Source of the DNA: Candidatus Aminicenantes bacterium | GTDB taxonomy: Bacteria; Acidobacteriota; Aminicenantia; Aminicenantales; JAFGBC01 | Direction: 5' to 3' | Length of the DNA stretch: 64,000 nucleotides | Assembly (NCBI GenBank): GCA_963702005.1 | Contig: OY969696.1 | Coordinates: forward strand, 448,001-512,000 | In this document: positions 20,082-29,227 of the stretch, piece by piece | Layout of the letters: each line of letters opens with the position of its first letter | Position numbering within the stretch: position 1 is the stretch's first letter | Position numbers and translations under genes: made by a program | The notes under the pieces: generated by a model | Told to the model about the DNA's origin: nothing | Databases searched by the model: none | What the model saw: the letters and a program-made list of their open reading frames with translations, nothing else

Positions 20082-23000
20082 TCAAGCGTAGTCGATGACG
20101 ACCGAGTTCTCGCCCAGGAGATCTTCCACCAGGCGGACGAGCTCGTCGGAGGGGGAGACGGACTGAACCTCGACCGAGCGGACGACGATTTTATAAGCGC
20201 GGGGTATCTCGAGCTCGAAATAGACCGGGCAGCCGCCCGGGTGGGCGTTCAGGAGCCCGTGAAGCTCGCGGACCAAGGATTCCTCCAGGCCGGGCAGGAA
20301 GACCTTGAGGACGAGCCGCTTGGCCTGTTTGAGGAAGGCGTCCTCGAGCAGCATGATCTGGGATAAAATGATTTTGCGGTTCTCCCCGTCGACCTGGAAG
20401 CGGCCCTTGATCCAGACCAGGGCGCCTTCGCGGAGGAGTTCGAAGTAGCGTTTGTAGGCGTCCGGGAAAGCGACGACGTCGAGCCGGCCGGTCAGGTCCT
20501 CAAGAGACAGGACGGCCATCCGCTCGTCCTTCTTGGTCTTAGTCGGCTTGACGGCGGCAACGATCCCGGCAACCTTGACCTCGGTGTTGGAGTCCCTCTC
20601 GTCATCCAGGTCGCTCAGGAAATGGGAGATGAGGCGCTTGATCCGCTTCTCGTACTGGGTCAGCGGATGGCCGGTGATGTAGAAACCCAGGACGTCCTTC
20701 TCGTAGGACAGGAAGTGGGGCTCGTCCCATTCGCTCATGCCCCGGACCTCCTCGGGGACGTCGGGCCCGTTTTTCTCCCCGGCGCCGAACAAGAGAGACT
20801 GCCGGGTCGCCAGGACTTTCTGGAGGCCGTGGGCGTAGTCGATCATCTCATCGAGGAGATGGAAGAGCTGAGACCGCTTCCAGCCCAGCGAATCAAAAGC
20901 GCCGGCCTTGATCAGGCTCTCGACGACCTTGCGGTTGAGGACTTGGGGCTCGGTCTCCTCGAAGATCTCGAACGGGGTCCGGAAGCGTCCCTTCTTGTCG
21001 CGGGCCCGCAGGATGGCCAGGACGGCCGCCTCGCCCACGTTTTTGAGGGCGCCGAGTCCGAAGCGGATCGCCCCGCGCGAAACCGTGAAGCTCAGGCCGC
21101 TTTCATTGATGTCAGGCGGCAGGACCTTGATCCCCATCGCCTGGCACTCGTTGATGTACTTCCAGAGCTGCTGGGTGTCGCCCCGCTCGGCTTCCGACGT
21201 CAGGAGAGCGGCCAGGAAATGGACGGGGTAGTGGGCCTTGAGGTAGGCCGTCTGGTAGGCAAGGTAGGCGTAGGCGGCGCTGTGGGATTTATTGAATCCG
21301 TACTCGGCGAAGTGGCGGATCTGGTCGAAGATCTTGCTCGCCCGGCCCTTGGTCAGGCCCTTCTTCTGGGCGCCCTGGATGAAGCGCAGCTTCTGCTCCT
21401 CCATGATCTCGGCGACCTTCTTGCCCATGGCCTTGCGGAGGAGGTCGGCCTCGGCCAGGCTGAACCCGGCCAGCTCGGTCGCGATCTTCATGACCTGTTC
21501 CTGGTAGACGATGATTCCGCGCGTTTCCTTGAGGAGGGGTTCGAACTCGGGGAACTCGACGGTCGCCTGCTCGGGGTGGCGCTTGCGCTTGATGAACTGG
21601 TCGGTCATCCCGCTCTTGAGCGGGCCGGGCCGGTAGAGGGCGTTCATGGCGATCAGGTCGCGGAAGGTCTCCGGCCCGTAAGAGCGCAGCAGGTCCTTCA
21701 TGCCGTGGCTTTCAAACTGGAAGACGCCGTCCGTGTTCCCCGTCTGGAAAAGCCGGAAGGTCTCCGGGTCGTCGGGGGGAATGGCTTCGAGGTCGATCCG
21801 CTCGCCCGTCTCCTTCTCGACGAGCTCGATCGTGTCCCGGATCACCGTCAAGTTCCGAAGGCCGAGGAGGTCCATCTTGAGGAGCCCGATGGCTTCGATG
21901 TCGCCCATCGGAAACTGGGTCGTGATTTCGCCCTTGACGGACTGGTAGAGGGGCATGTACTCGACCAGGGGCTTGGGGGTGATGACGATCCCGGCGGCGT
22001 GGATGGAGGGATGGCGGACCTGGCCCTCGAGCTTCTCGGCGATGGTCAGGAGTTGGGCGATCTTGGCGTTTCCGGTCCGGAGCTCGCGCAGGGCGGGGAT
22101 GTTCTTGAGGGCTTCGGCGATCGTCGAATCCGGGCCGAACGGGATCATCTTGGCGATCCGGTCGACTTCGGGGAGCGGGACCTCGAGCGCCCGGCCCACG
22201 TCCCGGATGGCGCCGCGGGCGGCCATCGTCCCGAAGGTGATGATCTGGCAGACGTTTTCCTGGCCGTACTTCTGGGTCACGTAGGACAGGACCTCGCCCC
22301 GCCTCCGGCCGCAGAAGTCGATGTCGATGTCGGGGAGGCTGATCCGCTCCGGGTTCAGGAAGCGTTCGAAAAGGAGGTCGAACTCGATGGGGTCGATCTC
22401 GGTGATGCCCAAGCTCCAGGAGACGATGCTCCCAGCCGCCGAGCCGCGGCCCGGCCCGACCGGGATCCCTTTCTCGCGGGCGGCCCGGATGAGGTCCCAG
22501 ACGATGAGGAAGTAGCCCTCGAACTTCATGGACTGGATGAGCTTGATCTCGCGCTCGAGCCGCTGCTCGTACTCCTCAAGGGAATGGCCGGCCTCGCCCT
22601 TGCGCCGCCGCTCTTCAACCCCGGACATCCGCTCGGCGAAACCCTGCCGGGCGATTTGGGCGAAGTAGTCCGAGAGGTCCGCGCCGTCGGGCGGCTTGAA
22701 GTGGGGGAGGAAGTAGCCCGAGGACGGGAAGCGGAACTCGCACTGGGCGGCGATATGGAGCGTGTTGTGGAGGGCGTCGGGGACGTCGCCAAACAGGGTC
22801 TCCATCTCTTCGCCGGACTTAAAATAGAACTCGGTCGAACCGAACCGGATCCGGTCCTGGTCGGTGACCTTCTTGTTCGTCTGGATGCAGAGAAGGACGT
22901 CGTGGCTCTCGGCATCCTCCTTGCGGAGGTAGTGGACGTCGTTGGTAGCGACCAGCGGGAGGCCGCTCTTGCCCGCCAGGCGGACCAGGCCAGCGTTGAC

Positions 23001-23561
23001 GGTCTTCTGGAGAGGCAGCCCGTGATCCTGGAGCTCGAGATAAAAATCGTCCTTGGCGAAGATGTCCGCGTACTCATGGGCGACCCGCTCGGCGTCCGCC
23101 TCGAGCCCCTTGCCGATGAGGTAGCTGACCTCGCCCTTGAGGCAGCTCGACAGGCCGATCAAGCCGCGGCTGTGGCGGACCAGGATCTCCTTATCGATCC
23201 GGGGCCGGTAATAAAATCCCTCGATATAGCTCTGGGTGATGAGCCGGCACAGGTTCCGGTAGCCCTCCTCGTTTTTGACGAGGAGGATGAGGTGAAAGTG
23301 GTGGACCTCGCCGTCAACGCTCCCCTTTTCGAGGCGGCTGCGGGGGGCGACGTAGGCTTCACAACCGAGGATGGGCTTAATGTCCTGTTTCTTGGCCTGC
23401 TTGAAGAAATCGACGGCGCCGAAAACATTCCCGTGGTCGGTCAGGGCGACGGCCGGCATACGGAGGGCGCGGGCCGTTGCGAGCATGTCCCCGACCTTGA
23501 GCGCGCCGTCGAGGACGCTGTACTCCGAATGGGTGTGGAGATGGATGAAGGGATCGCTCAT
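20082..23561 (-). CDS. dnaE: DNA polymerase III alpha subunit
   Basis: HLHTHSEYS, TDHG, GPGRGSAAGS, PDIDIDF and YGFNKSHS motifs. Confidence 0.98.
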   Translation of the reverse strand: MSDPFIHLHTHSEYSVLDGALKVGDMLATARALRMPAVALTDHGNVFGAVDFFKQAKKQDIKPILGCEAYVAPRSRLEKGSVDGEVHHFHLILLVKNEEGYRNLCRLITQSYIEGFYYRPRIDKEILVRHSRGLIGLSSCLKGEVSYLIGKGLEADAERVAHEYADIFAKDDFYLELQDHGLPLQKTVNAGLVRLAGKSGLPLVATNDVHYLRKEDAESHDVLLCIQTNKKVTDQDRIRFGSTEFYFKSGEEMETLFGDVPDALHNTLHIAAQCEFRFPSSGYFLPHFKPPDGADLSDYFAQIARQGFAERMSGVEERRRKGEAGHSLEEYEQRLEREIKLIQSMKFEGYFLIVWDLIRAAREKGIPVGPGRGSAAGSIVSWSLGITEIDPIEFDLLFERFLNPERISLPDIDIDFCGRRRGEVLSYVTQKYGQENVCQIITFGTMAARGAIRDVGRALEVPLPEVDRIAKMIPFGPDSTIAEALKNIPALRELRTGNAKIAQLLTIAEKLEGQVRHPSIHAAGIVITPKPLVEYMPLYQSVKGEITTQFPMGDIEAIGLLKMDLLGLRNLTVIRDTIELVEKETGERIDLEAIPPDDPETFRLFQTGNTDGVFQFESHGMKDLLRSYGPETFRDLIAMNALYRPGPLKSGMTDQFIKRKRHPEQATVEFPEFEPLLKETRGIIVYQEQVMKIATELAGFSLAEADLLRKAMGKKVAEIMEEQKLRFIQGAQKKGLTKGRASKIFDQIRHFAEYGFNKSHSAAYAYLAYQTAYLKAHYPVHFLAALLTSEAERGDTQQLWKYINECQAMGIKVLPPDINESGLSFTVSRGAIRFGLGALKNVGEAAVLAILRARDKKGRFRTPFEIFEETEPQVLNRKVVESLIKAGAFDSLGWKRSQLFHLLDEMIDYAHGLQKVLATRQSLLFGAGEKNGPDVPEEVRGMSEWDEPHFLSYEKDVLGFYITGHPLTQYEKRIKRLISHFLSDLDDERDSNTEVKVAGIVAAVKPTKTKKDERMAVLSLEDLTGRLDVVAFPDAYKRYFELLREGALVWIKGRFQVDGENRKIILSQIMLLEDAFLKQAKRLVLKVFLPGLEESLVRELHGLLNAHPGGCPVYFELEIPRAYKIVVRSVEVQSVSPSDELVRLVEDLLGENSVVIDYA

Positions 23562-23580
23562 GCTGGCCGCCTCCGCCCGG

Positions 23581-25116
23581 CTACTCCCACTCGATCGTCG
23601 CGGGCGGCTTGGTGGTGACGTCGAAGACGACGCGGTTGACGCCTTCGACTTCGTTGACGATCCGGGTTGAAATCCGGGCCAGAAGCCGGGACGAGGCCGG
23701 GTACCAGTGGGCGGTCATTCCATCGACGCTTTCGACCAGCCGGGCGACCACGACGCGCTGGTAGGTCCGGCGGTCGCCCATGACGCCGACCGAGCGGACC
23801 GGAAGCAGGACGGCGAAGGCCTGCCAGAGGCGGCGGTAGATCCCGGCCTTGCGGACCTCGTCGAGGAGGACGGCGTCGGCGTCCTGGAGGGTCCGGATCC
23901 GCTCGTCGGTGACCTCGCCCACGATCCGGACGGCCAGCCCGGGACCCGGGAAAGGATGCTGCTCGATGAATTCCCGTTCGATGCCCAGCTCGACGCCCAG
24001 GGCGCGGACTTCGTCCTTGAAAAGCTCTCGGAGCGGCTCGATCAGCTTGAAGCGAAGGCCGGGCGGCAGGCCGCCCACGTTGTGGTGGGACTTGATGGTC
24101 GAGGACGGGCCCTTGACCGGGGCGCTCTCGATGACGTCGGGATAGATCGTGCCCTGGGCCAGGAAAACGGCCCCGCCGATCTTGCGGGCTTCCCGTTCGA
24201 AGACGCGGATGAAGGCCTCGCCGATGATCTTCCTCTTGCGCTCGGGCGAGACGACGCCCCGCAGGCGGTCCAGGAAGAAGCGGGAGGCGTCGACGCCGAC
24301 GACCTTGAGGTCGAGACGATCTTCGAACTTGGCCATAAGCTCCGCGAACTGGTTTTTGCGGAGGAGACCGTTGTCGACGAAGATGCAGACCAGACGCCGG
24401 CCGACGGCCCGCCGGACGAGAAGCGCCGTGACCAGGCTGTCGACGCCGCCGCTCAGGCCGCAGATGACTCTGCGCCGGGGGCCGACCAGGGCGCGGATCT
24501 CCCTGACCTTGCGCTCGATGAACGAGCTTATGCTCCAGTCGGGCGCCAGCCCGGCGGCCCGGAACAGGAAATTCGCCAATATTTTCTTGCCCTGATGGGT
24601 GTGGATGACCTCGGGATGGAACTGGACGCCGTAGAAGCGGTGGACGGGATCTTCCATGGCGGCGATCTTCGTATTCGAAGTGCGGGCGGTGACGGCGAAG
24701 CCGGGCGGGACCCGCTCGGCTTTATCGCCGTGGCTCATCCAAACCTGGCTTCGGTCGCCGACGCCGGCGAGGAGACCGCGCCGACTCCGGGGCCGGAGCG
24801 AGGCGAAACCGTACTCGCGCCGGGCCGAGGGGACAACCTTGCCGCCCAGGAGATGGGTCATGAGCTGAAGTCCGTAGCAGACGCCGAGGACGGGAATCCC
24901 CAGGTCGAAAAGTTTCCGGTCGATCGACGGAGCCCCTTTCTCGTAAACGCTCTGCGGGCCGCCGGACAAGATGATGGCGTCGAAGGCGGCCTTGCGGATG
25001 CGGGCGAGTGGAGTCGAGAAGGGCTGGATCTCGGAGTAAACGCCAAGCTCGCGGACCTTGCGGGCGATGAGCTGGGTGTACTGGGACCCGAAATCGAGGA
25101 CGAGGACCTTATCCAT
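23581..25116 (-). CDS. guaA: GMP synthase (glutamine-hydrolysing)
   Basis: LDFGSQY, GVCYG, QFHPE, SGGVDS, IKSHHNVGG and KPPATIEWE motifs. Confidence 0.98.
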   Translation of the reverse strand: MDKVLVLDFGSQYTQLIARKVRELGVYSEIQPFSTPLARIRKAAFDAIILSGGPQSVYEKGAPSIDRKLFDLGIPVLGVCYGLQLMTHLLGGKVVPSARREYGFASLRPRSRRGLLAGVGDRSQVWMSHGDKAERVPPGFAVTARTSNTKIAAMEDPVHRFYGVQFHPEVIHTHQGKKILANFLFRAAGLAPDWSISSFIERKVREIRALVGPRRRVICGLSGGVDSLVTALLVRRAVGRRLVCIFVDNGLLRKNQFAELMAKFEDRLDLKVVGVDASRFFLDRLRGVVSPERKRKIIGEAFIRVFEREARKIGGAVFLAQGTIYPDVIESAPVKGPSSTIKSHHNVGGLPPGLRFKLIEPLRELFKDEVRALGVELGIEREFIEQHPFPGPGLAVRIVGEVTDERIRTLQDADAVLLDEVRKAGIYRRLWQAFAVLLPVRSVGVMGDRRTYQRVVVARLVESVDGMTAHWYPASSRLLARISTRIVNEVEGVNRVVFDVTTKPPATIEWE

Positions 25117-25122
25117 GGACAG

Positions 25123-25151
25123 ATTTTATCAGAGCGTTCCGGAGATGTAAA
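25123..25151 (-). promoter_or_regulatory. Sigma70 promoter for guaA, probably leaderless
   Basis: TTTACA-17 nt-TAAAAT with TG extension, ending 6 nt before the ATG. No SD. Confidence 0.65.
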
Positions 25152-25265
25152 CTCGAGCCGGCCCGGACGGCGATTGAAGAAATCTATTGAAATACGTCGG
25201 AGAAACCGCTATAAGAATGAGTTCGGGCCGTCGGAGCCGGCGCTCCCGGCGGCCGGGGAAACACC

Positions 25266-27764
25266 ATGAACCGGGATCGCAAACACGACCTGAGGCAACT
25301 TCTCGTCCTCGATACGGGAGACCGTCCTTTCCTCGTCCTGGCCGAGCTCGTCCCCGGCCCGGGCCATGACCTGGGGCCTATCACTGCGTTCCTGGATGCT
25401 TATGAGCGGGACCGAAGCGTCCTTCCCGGCGAACTGCCGCTGGCCGGCATCGCCCTGCCCCAGAGTCCGGGCGGCATCGCGGCGCTGAACCCAGCCGATG
25501 TTTACGCGGCCGTCCACAAAGAGCGGGGCTGGGCCGACCTTGACGTCGTCGCCCACGTCTCGGCCAAGGACCACAACGCGGAAGCCCTGCGCGCCGCCCT
25601 GGCCGGGCTGGAAAGGCTGGGCATCGGCTCCGTGCTGGCCGTCACCGGCGACAAGCCCGCCTCGGGGCAGGGAGTATTTGAGGTCGATTCGATCGGGCTC
25701 ATCGAGCTCATCCAGGACCTGAACGCCGACTCTTTCCAGCGGGCCGGGCCCGGCGAGTACGATGCCGTCCATCAGTTCCTCGTCTTGACGGCGGTTTCGC
25801 CCTTCAAGTATTCCGAAGCCTCGGTCCGTCAGCAGTACTTCAAGATGGGAAAGAAAATACGGGCCGGGGCCAAGGCCCTGATCACGCAGCTGGGCTGGGA
25901 CTGGCGCAAGAGCCGCGAGCTGTTCCGCGTCCTCCGGGACGAGGGTCTCGAGATCCCCGTATTCGGCAACGTCTATGTTCTGTCGACGGCGACGAACGCC
26001 CCCCGCCTCATGGCCGAGGGAAAGCTCCCGGGCTGCACCGTCACCCCGGAGCTCTTCGCCAAGGTCGTCCACGAGAAGCTTTCCGATCACTTGGAGCGGG
26101 CCGCCCAGCAGGTCGCCATGTACCGCGATTTGGGCGCGGCCGGGGTCGACATCGGAGGCCTGTGGGGATTCGACCCGCTCGTCGCGATCCTCCGCCGTGC
26201 CCGGGAGATCGGTCCCGGCTGGGTCGACTATCGGGACAATCTCGACTTCGCGCCCCGCACGCTCCCCGGCGGTCAACCGGTCTTCTACCTCCATGACGAT
26301 AACGGCGTCCGGAAAGAGCCTTCGCGGCCCCGGGCGAATATTCATAAAAGGACCTTCGACCTCCTCCACGCGACCTTTCTCACGCCCGGCCGCGGCTTGA
26401 ATCCCGCGGTCAAAGGCATCCTTCAAGGCAGCCGATCCCTCCGCCAGGGCCGGGGAAGTCTCTACAAGGCCGTCCTGGCCGGCGAAAAAGCCCTGAAGAC
26501 TTTACTCTACGACTGCGAGGAGTGCGGCGACTGTTTCCTGGTCGAGAATTTCAGCCGCTGCACCAGGGGAGAGTGCGAGAAAGGGCTGGCCAACCCGCCC
26601 TGCGGCGACGCCCGGCCCGACGGGACCTGCGGACACAACCCGGACCGGACCTGCGTCGGCGAGCTCATCTATGAAGCCGCCGCGAGCGAAGGCCCCGGAG
26701 GCTTGCGCAGGTTGTCCTCGACCGTCCTCCCCGGCCGAGATTCCTCTCTCCAAGGAACGTCCTCGATCCTCAATTATTTGTTCGACAAAGACCACGCCGG
26801 CGCGGCCCGCTTGATCCAGATCGGCGAGGTCATCCACGCCAGCATCCCCAAGACCGCGGCGGCCATGCAGGAGATCCTTTCGCTCGGCCCGGGAGCGATG
26901 GAGCAGCCGAGCGGGGCCCTCCGCTATATCATATCCTTAATCGAGGCCCAGGTCCGGCACGGCGCGGCCTACATCGACGTCAACGTGGACGCCTTCGGCG
27001 ACAACGACCTCGCCTTCCGGATGGGGATGATGGGCGACTACGTCCGGCTCATCCGCAAACACGGCCGCGGAGTCCCGGTCAGCGTCGACAGCGGCTCGGA
27101 GGACGTCCTGCGGGCCGGGCTCGAGGCCTGGTACAAGGGCGGGCCGGCCGGACTCGCCCCGCCCCTCCTGAATTCGATCAAGACCTATACGATGGACAAG
27201 CTCCTGCCCTTGCGGAGCCGCCTCCCCTTCAAGTTCATCGGGCTGCTGGTCGACGACAAGTCCGGGGGGCGGGAGGGCGTCTACAGCGTCGAGGAGCTTC
27301 ACGGGCTGGCTCGAACCCTATTTAGGGCGGCGACCGAGCGATACGGCTTCGTGCCGTCCGACCTCTTCTTCGACTCGACCGTGTTCCCGTTGTCCATCGA
27401 CATGCCGATGAACCCGGGCCAGCAGGGCTATACCTACCGGACCTTCGAAACGATCCGGGCCATCAAACGGGACCCGGCTTTCCAGGGCGTCCACCTCTCG
27501 CTGGGCATCAGCAACGCCGCCCGCGACCTCCCGGGCCGGAAGATCGGCGTCTGCCGCGCCTACCTGGCCAAGGCCCATGAGTACGGGCTGGACGCGGCCA
27601 TCGTCAACGTCCTCCACGACTACGGGAAGAAGCCCCCGGCGCCCGATCTTCTCGAATTTGTCTCCGCGTTCGCCGCGCAAGACGGCTCCCCGGCCGCCGG
27701 CGAGCGGGCCATCAAGCGGATGCTCCGCTTCTGCGAGGCCAACCGTAAAATCAAGGCCCGCTAG
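25266..27764 (+). CDS. Fusion of methylene-THF reductase (MetF-like), Cys-rich MetV/MTHFR_C domain and pterin-binding methyltransferase (AcsE/MetH-like)
   Basis: HVSAKDHN, LAVTGD, KKIRAGAKALITQLGWD; then CEECGDC..C...CEKGLANPPCG..GTC..TC; then IGEVIH, YIDVNVD, SVDS, LLNS, FFD, GISN and GLDAAIVN. Confidence 0.82.
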   Translation: MNRDRKHDLRQLLVLDTGDRPFLVLAELVPGPGHDLGPITAFLDAYERDRSVLPGELPLAGIALPQSPGGIAALNPADVYAAVHKERGWADLDVVAHVSAKDHNAEALRAALAGLERLGIGSVLAVTGDKPASGQGVFEVDSIGLIELIQDLNADSFQRAGPGEYDAVHQFLVLTAVSPFKYSEASVRQQYFKMGKKIRAGAKALITQLGWDWRKSRELFRVLRDEGLEIPVFGNVYVLSTATNAPRLMAEGKLPGCTVTPELFAKVVHEKLSDHLERAAQQVAMYRDLGAAGVDIGGLWGFDPLVAILRRAREIGPGWVDYRDNLDFAPRTLPGGQPVFYLHDDNGVRKEPSRPRANIHKRTFDLLHATFLTPGRGLNPAVKGILQGSRSLRQGRGSLYKAVLAGEKALKTLLYDCEECGDCFLVENFSRCTRGECEKGLANPPCGDARPDGTCGHNPDRTCVGELIYEAAASEGPGGLRRLSSTVLPGRDSSLQGTSSILNYLFDKDHAGAARLIQIGEVIHASIPKTAAAMQEILSLGPGAMEQPSGALRYIISLIEAQVRHGAAYIDVNVDAFGDNDLAFRMGMMGDYVRLIRKHGRGVPVSVDSGSEDVLRAGLEAWYKGGPAGLAPPLLNSIKTYTMDKLLPLRSRLPFKFIGLLVDDKSGGREGVYSVEELHGLARTLFRAATERYGFVPSDLFFDSTVFPLSIDMPMNPGQQGYTYRTFETIRAIKRDPAFQGVHLSLGISNAARDLPGRKIGVCRAYLAKAHEYGLDAAIVNVLHDYGKKPPAPDLLEFVSAFAAQDGSPAAGERAIKRMLRFCEANRKIKAR

Positions 27765-27779
27765 CGGATTCTTAAAAAA

Positions 27780-27933
27780 TTGACCCGTTCGCCGACGCTA
27801 AGCCCAGCCTTGCAGTACTCACGAACCGGGAACGGTTCGCGTGTGCCGCCTTTCAAGGCGGGGATGGGAAGCGCGGCTCAGGGTTAACCCTGACCAAGCC
27901 CCGGCATTCATGCCGGGGAGTCGAGGGTTTGAC
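27780..27933 (-). repeat. Modular palindromic element, copy B
   Basis: TTGACCCGTTCGCCGACGCT...GCTCAGGGTTAACCCTGA...GTCGAGGGTTTGAC, inverted relative to copies A and C. Confidence 0.9.
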
Positions 27934-27966
27934 TTAGCTATTTCGTTCCCTTATATTAAAGCCGCC

Positions 27967-29190
27967 ATGGATTGGGAAACGCTCGCCAAGGAGCTTGCCG
28001 TCGTCAACGACGCCAAGATCGTCCTCCTCGTCCTGGACGGGATGGGCGGCCTCCCCGTCGCCGGCAAAACCGAACTCGAAGCGGCCCGCGCGCCGAACCT
28101 GGACGCCCTGGCCGCCCGCAGCGCCTGCGGCCTGACGATCCCCGTCTTGCCCGGCATCACGCCCGGAAGCGGCCCGGCCCACTTGTCCCTGTTCGGCTAC
28201 GACCCGCTCCGCTACCAGCTCGGCCGGGGCATTCTCGAGGCCCTCGGCTCGGGCGTCGAAGTCGGCCCCAAGGACCTGGTCGCCCGCGGCAATTTCGCGA
28301 CTTTAAAGGCCGGCCTCGTCACGGACCGCCGCGCCGGCCGGCTGGCGACCGAAATCAACGCCAGGATTTGTCAGGGGATCAACGCCGCCTTCTCGTCCTC
28401 GAAGGGCGCTTTCGCGCCCTTCGAGGACGTCGAGGTCCGGCTCTTCCCCGGCAAGGAACACAGGTTCGTGGCCCGCTTCAGCGGCGAAGGGCTCGACGAC
28501 CGCTTGAGCGACGCCGACCCCCAGAAGGAGGGCAAGCCCCGCATTCCGGCCAAACCCCTTGCCCCTGAAGCGGAGAGGGCGGCCGCCGTCGTCGACCGCT
28601 ATTTGGACTGGGTGACGGACCTGCTCAAGGACGAGCCGGTCGCCAGCACGATCCTGGTCCGAGGCTTCTCCAAGTTCCCCTCCATCCCCGCGATGGCCGA
28701 CCTCTACGGAATCCGGCCCGCCGCCATCGCCAACTACCCCATGTACAAGGGCCTGGCCCGCCTCCTGGGCATGTCCGTCCTCGACGCGGGCGCGGAGACG
28801 ACGTCGCTCTTCGACGCTCTGGAGAAGCACATCAAGGACTTCGACTTTTTCTATATCCACTACAAGAAAGCGGACTCGGCCGGCGAGGACGGAAATTTCG
28901 CGGCCAAGGTCGCGGCCATCGAGGAGATCGACGCCCTTCTTCCCCGCCTGACGGCCCTCGAGCCCGACGTCCTCGCCGTCACCTCCGACCATTCGACCCC
29001 CGCCCTCCTCAAGGGCCACTCCTGGCACCCGAACCCCTTCTGCCTCGTCTCCAAATACGCGCTCCCCGACGCGGTGACTCGCTTCAGCGAGCGGGACTGC
29101 GGGCGGGGGATCCTGGGCTGCATCCCTTCGCTCCAGGTCATGCCCCTCATGCTGGCCCATGCCCTGAAGCTCAAAAAGTACGGCGCTTGA
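27967..29190 (+). CDS. apgM: 2,3-bisphosphoglycerate-independent phosphoglycerate mutase (ApgM type)
   Basis: VLDGMG, PGSGPAHLSLFGYDP, TDRRAGR, TSDHSTP and HSWHP motifs. Confidence 0.93.
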   Translation: MDWETLAKELAVVNDAKIVLLVLDGMGGLPVAGKTELEAARAPNLDALAARSACGLTIPVLPGITPGSGPAHLSLFGYDPLRYQLGRGILEALGSGVEVGPKDLVARGNFATLKAGLVTDRRAGRLATEINARICQGINAAFSSSKGAFAPFEDVEVRLFPGKEHRFVARFSGEGLDDRLSDADPQKEGKPRIPAKPLAPEAERAAAVVDRYLDWVTDLLKDEPVASTILVRGFSKFPSIPAMADLYGIRPAAIANYPMYKGLARLLGMSVLDAGAETTSLFDALEKHIKDFDFFYIHYKKADSAGEDGNFAAKVAAIEEIDALLPRLTALEPDVLAVTSDHSTPALLKGHSWHPNPFCLVSKYALPDAVTRFSERDCGRGILGCIPSLQVMPLMLAHALKLKKYGA

Positions 29191-29227
29191 CGATCCGACG
29201 ACGCAAGAAAGGACGAAGACGAAGAGC

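Noticed and set aside
20082-23561. Intein in dnaE (also checked polA)
   Set aside because: Lengths are normal and no intein splice motifs interrupt the conserved blocks.
20622-23618. Long antisense ORFs (998 aa here; also 1038-2546, 15413-17602, 29261-31435, 57991-59901)
   Set aside because: They are shadow frames opposite well-supported genes, expected from high GC3 codon bias.
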